Shown: in pieces, positions 61,399 through 64,000 of the stretch
How the letters are laid out: each line of letters begins with the position of its first letter
Numbering within the stretch: position 1 is the stretch's first letter
Assembly: GCA_965637545.1 (NCBI GenBank)
Contig: OZ281496.1
Location: forward strand, 8,494,001-8,558,000
DNA from: Phallusia mammillata
Taxonomy: Eukaryota
Length of the DNA stretch: 64,000 nt
Direction of reading: 5' to 3'
Notes under the pieces: generated by a model
The model's input: the letters and a program-made list of their open reading frames with translations, nothing else
Told to the model about the DNA's origin: nothing
Databases searched by the model: none
Made by a program: the position numbers and the translations under genes

Positions 61399-63590
61399 CT
61401 ATACGTTGTAGTCAAAGCGACACTTGTCAATGTTCAAATGTAACCCATATTCATTAAGCTTTTGGAAGACTTTGTTTAAATGCTCCATATGCTCAGTTTC
61501 GTTGCGACTGTATACGATTATGTCATCTAAATACGCATAGCAGAATTGCAATGAACCTAGAGGAAGGTCAATAAGGCGTTGAAACACCTGTGCGGAAGTT
61601 GATAATCCGAAAGGGGACCGCGTGTAACAAAAAGTGCCAAGGGGTGTTCGAATGGCAGTTTTCTTTTGGTCCTCTGGGCGAATTGGGACATGATGAAAAG
61701 CAGATTTAAGGTCAAGGGTCGAAAAAATGGTAGAGCCATGTAATAATTCATAGGCCGTTCGTAGTGACGGAAGTGCGTAATTATCTTTCTTTAATTGTTT
61801 ATTGAGATCCCTAAAATCGCCGCAGAGCCTTAGGTCATTTGAATTTGGCTTCTTAACTATTTGTAATGGACTCGCGTATTCGGAATTACATCTTTTAATC
61901 AAACCTGAATTCAACATTTCTTGAATTTGTGTTTTCATTTGCTTGTAAAGCTCAGGATGAACTCTGCGTGCCCTACAGGTTGGGGAACGACCTGTTGTCG
62001 GTAGATGTTGTTCTACCGGATGTCGTATAGGTGCACGATAATCAGGCGTTTTAGTCAATTCAGGATAATTAGCCAAAAGTTGCAAGTACTTTTGTTCGTT
62101 TAAAATAGGCATTTGTGACCCGCTGTCAGGTTTTATGATTAGGTCAACTTTTACGCCTGTTTTGCTACATTGCAGGGTTTTGGAATGTGGTTGAAGGTTA
62201 AGTTGTTTTTCTTGCAGGAAATCAAATCCTAAAAGTCTATGTTGCAAATGTAAAACAGAGTTTTCATAGGGCCAAAACCGATATTAATTTCGATTTCTTT
62301 TGTTCCATAACATTTTACAGGGGTGCCACTGGCAGTTGCGAAAAGCTGTTGTGACTCATTATTCTTTTCATTTGGAGGGACAGGCATAAAACTTTTTGTG
62401 GCTCCTGAATCTATTAGGAATGTTTGATTGTTTATCGTGTCAAAAACGTGAGGTAAATTTTCATTTCCTTGACTTATGTTTGACAAATTGGACATGTGGG
62501 TATGCATGTCTATTCCGACCGACTTAATTGCATTTATATTTTGGGTTTCTTCAAATTTGCAGGGTTGTGTGCATTTGTATGCATCTTTCCCATATCTATC
62601 ATGATAGTAACAAAAATTAGGGTTTTTGTGACGGTATCCAGAGAAGTTTGCACGGTTTTGAAACCGTGGAGGGAAGCGTTGGCTATTTTGAGGTTGGAAG
62701 TTTTGGGGCTGGGAATAAGAATTGGCGGGCGCTTGATGCCTAAATTGCCGCGGACCGTTGGCAAAACCTCTTTGGAAATTGCCGTTCTGTGAATTATTGT
62801 AAAAATTGCGCGATTGGTGATTGTAATTTTTGAATTGGTTATTTCGCTTCATTTGGGGCTGAAATTGCGCAGCCTGAGGTTGGGCATACATTTGTGACTG
62901 GTTTTGTTTGTATTGAGATACAGAAGTTAACACTTCATCCATTTTAGCAGTTAGCATTGCAATTTGTTCATTGTTCGAATCCCTGGGCGAGTTTACTTTA
63001 TCAGGGTCAAAATATTTGTCTGAAAATTTTCCCAAATCTTTTAGGGTTTTAAAATTTTGAGCCTTAATGATATTTTGGACATCTGGTGGCATTAGCGAGG
63101 TGAAATGTTCTTCCAACAAATCACGCGTAACTGCGTCATTTTGGGGATTGTATTTGCACGCTGCAATTAAACGTTGCATTAAAGCAGAAGGTCTTTCATC
63201 GGGCGACATGAACGTAATAGATTTTAAATGTTTTAACCAGTTTAATTTCGACCCCCCATGTACCGAATCAATTATTTCTTGATTAAGCGTACTGTAGGGT
63301 TCTGTTAATGAAGCGGTTGCTTCAGTTAAAGCATTTCTGTAATTGGCTGATTGCATTGGGGTTAAGTTAGAAACAAACAGTTGAAATTTAGTTGCTTCAT
63401 CTCCGATTTGATTAGATTCATAAAATTTGTCCAAAAACGCGAAATATTCCTTTATGTCATGTTGATTAGGCCAAATGGGCGGAATTTTCATTAGTGAGAT
63501 GCGTAATTTGTCATTTTCACTTCGATTTGCAACGGCATTATCGCTTTGCGACGTTTGTTTAGAGGATTCGCCGTTATTTGGGGTAGTCAT
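61399..63590 (-). mobile_element. Ty3/gypsy (CsRn1-like) gag-PR-RT, truncated before RNase H
   Basis: Gag PPIWP...TKF and CYYHDRYGKDAYKCTQPC; protease LIDSGA; RT LCGDFRDLN and YLDDII; frameshift at ~62235; no LTR pair found. Confidence 0.88.
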
Positions 63591-64000
63591 GGTTGTCTCA
63601 GGCGGGGTCTGTAACGCTACAGTACGCTGTTGGGGCTTTTCTTTATCTTTAGGTTTCGTTTTACTGCGCGTACTTTGGCTAACAGCCGATTTAATTTTAT
63701 CTGGTAAACTGGGAGGATTCCCACAAGTTGCTTGGCGAATTGTTTTAGACAGTTTGACCGTTATTGATCATACACATTCAACAAAATACATGCAAGCAGT
63801 AATAAAATAACAGCCAAGAATATAACTTCAAACTCTGCTCACCTTTCGTGGGGCAGCTGAAATCATGAACTATAGACAGATCTATAGATTTCTTCAATCC
63901 TAGTAGTCTCCTCAGTTTCTGCAGTTTCTTCGGTTGATGCAATCTCCTTGGTTGCTGCAATCTCCTCAGGTTCCACAGTGTCGTCGGGTTCAAAGATTAT

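Overview
AT-rich, transposon-dense eukaryotic DNA. The short introns, gene families and TE content suggest a marine invertebrate, probably an ascidian (inference). The backbone is a tandemly duplicated cassette: one intronless 11-finger C2H2 zinc-finger gene (+), followed by intronless ~295-aa seven-transmembrane (7TM, GPCR-like) genes. There are 3 ZnF copies, of which 1 is intact. There are 4 intact 7TM ORFs and at least 7 broken ones. Inserted into this backbone are: a recent Mag-type Ty3/gypsy element with identical 131-bp LTRs inside ZnF copy A; two nearly intact hAT transposons; an intact spliced PIF/Harbinger transposase with a MADF-BESS partner; many TIR MITEs with 8-bp TSDs; Penelope-like (PLE) remnants; BEL/Pao and CsRn1-like gypsy fragments; and a tRNA-like element. 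No ORF track shows the PLE-type minimal hammerhead ribozyme motifs (CTGANGA...GAAACGTC): 7 copies, of which 2 are intact-looking. One of the altered copies lies in sense ~135 nt upstream of an intact 7TM gene. Six coding frameshifts are single extra bases in homopolymer runs and may be assembly errors. All alignments were done by eye.
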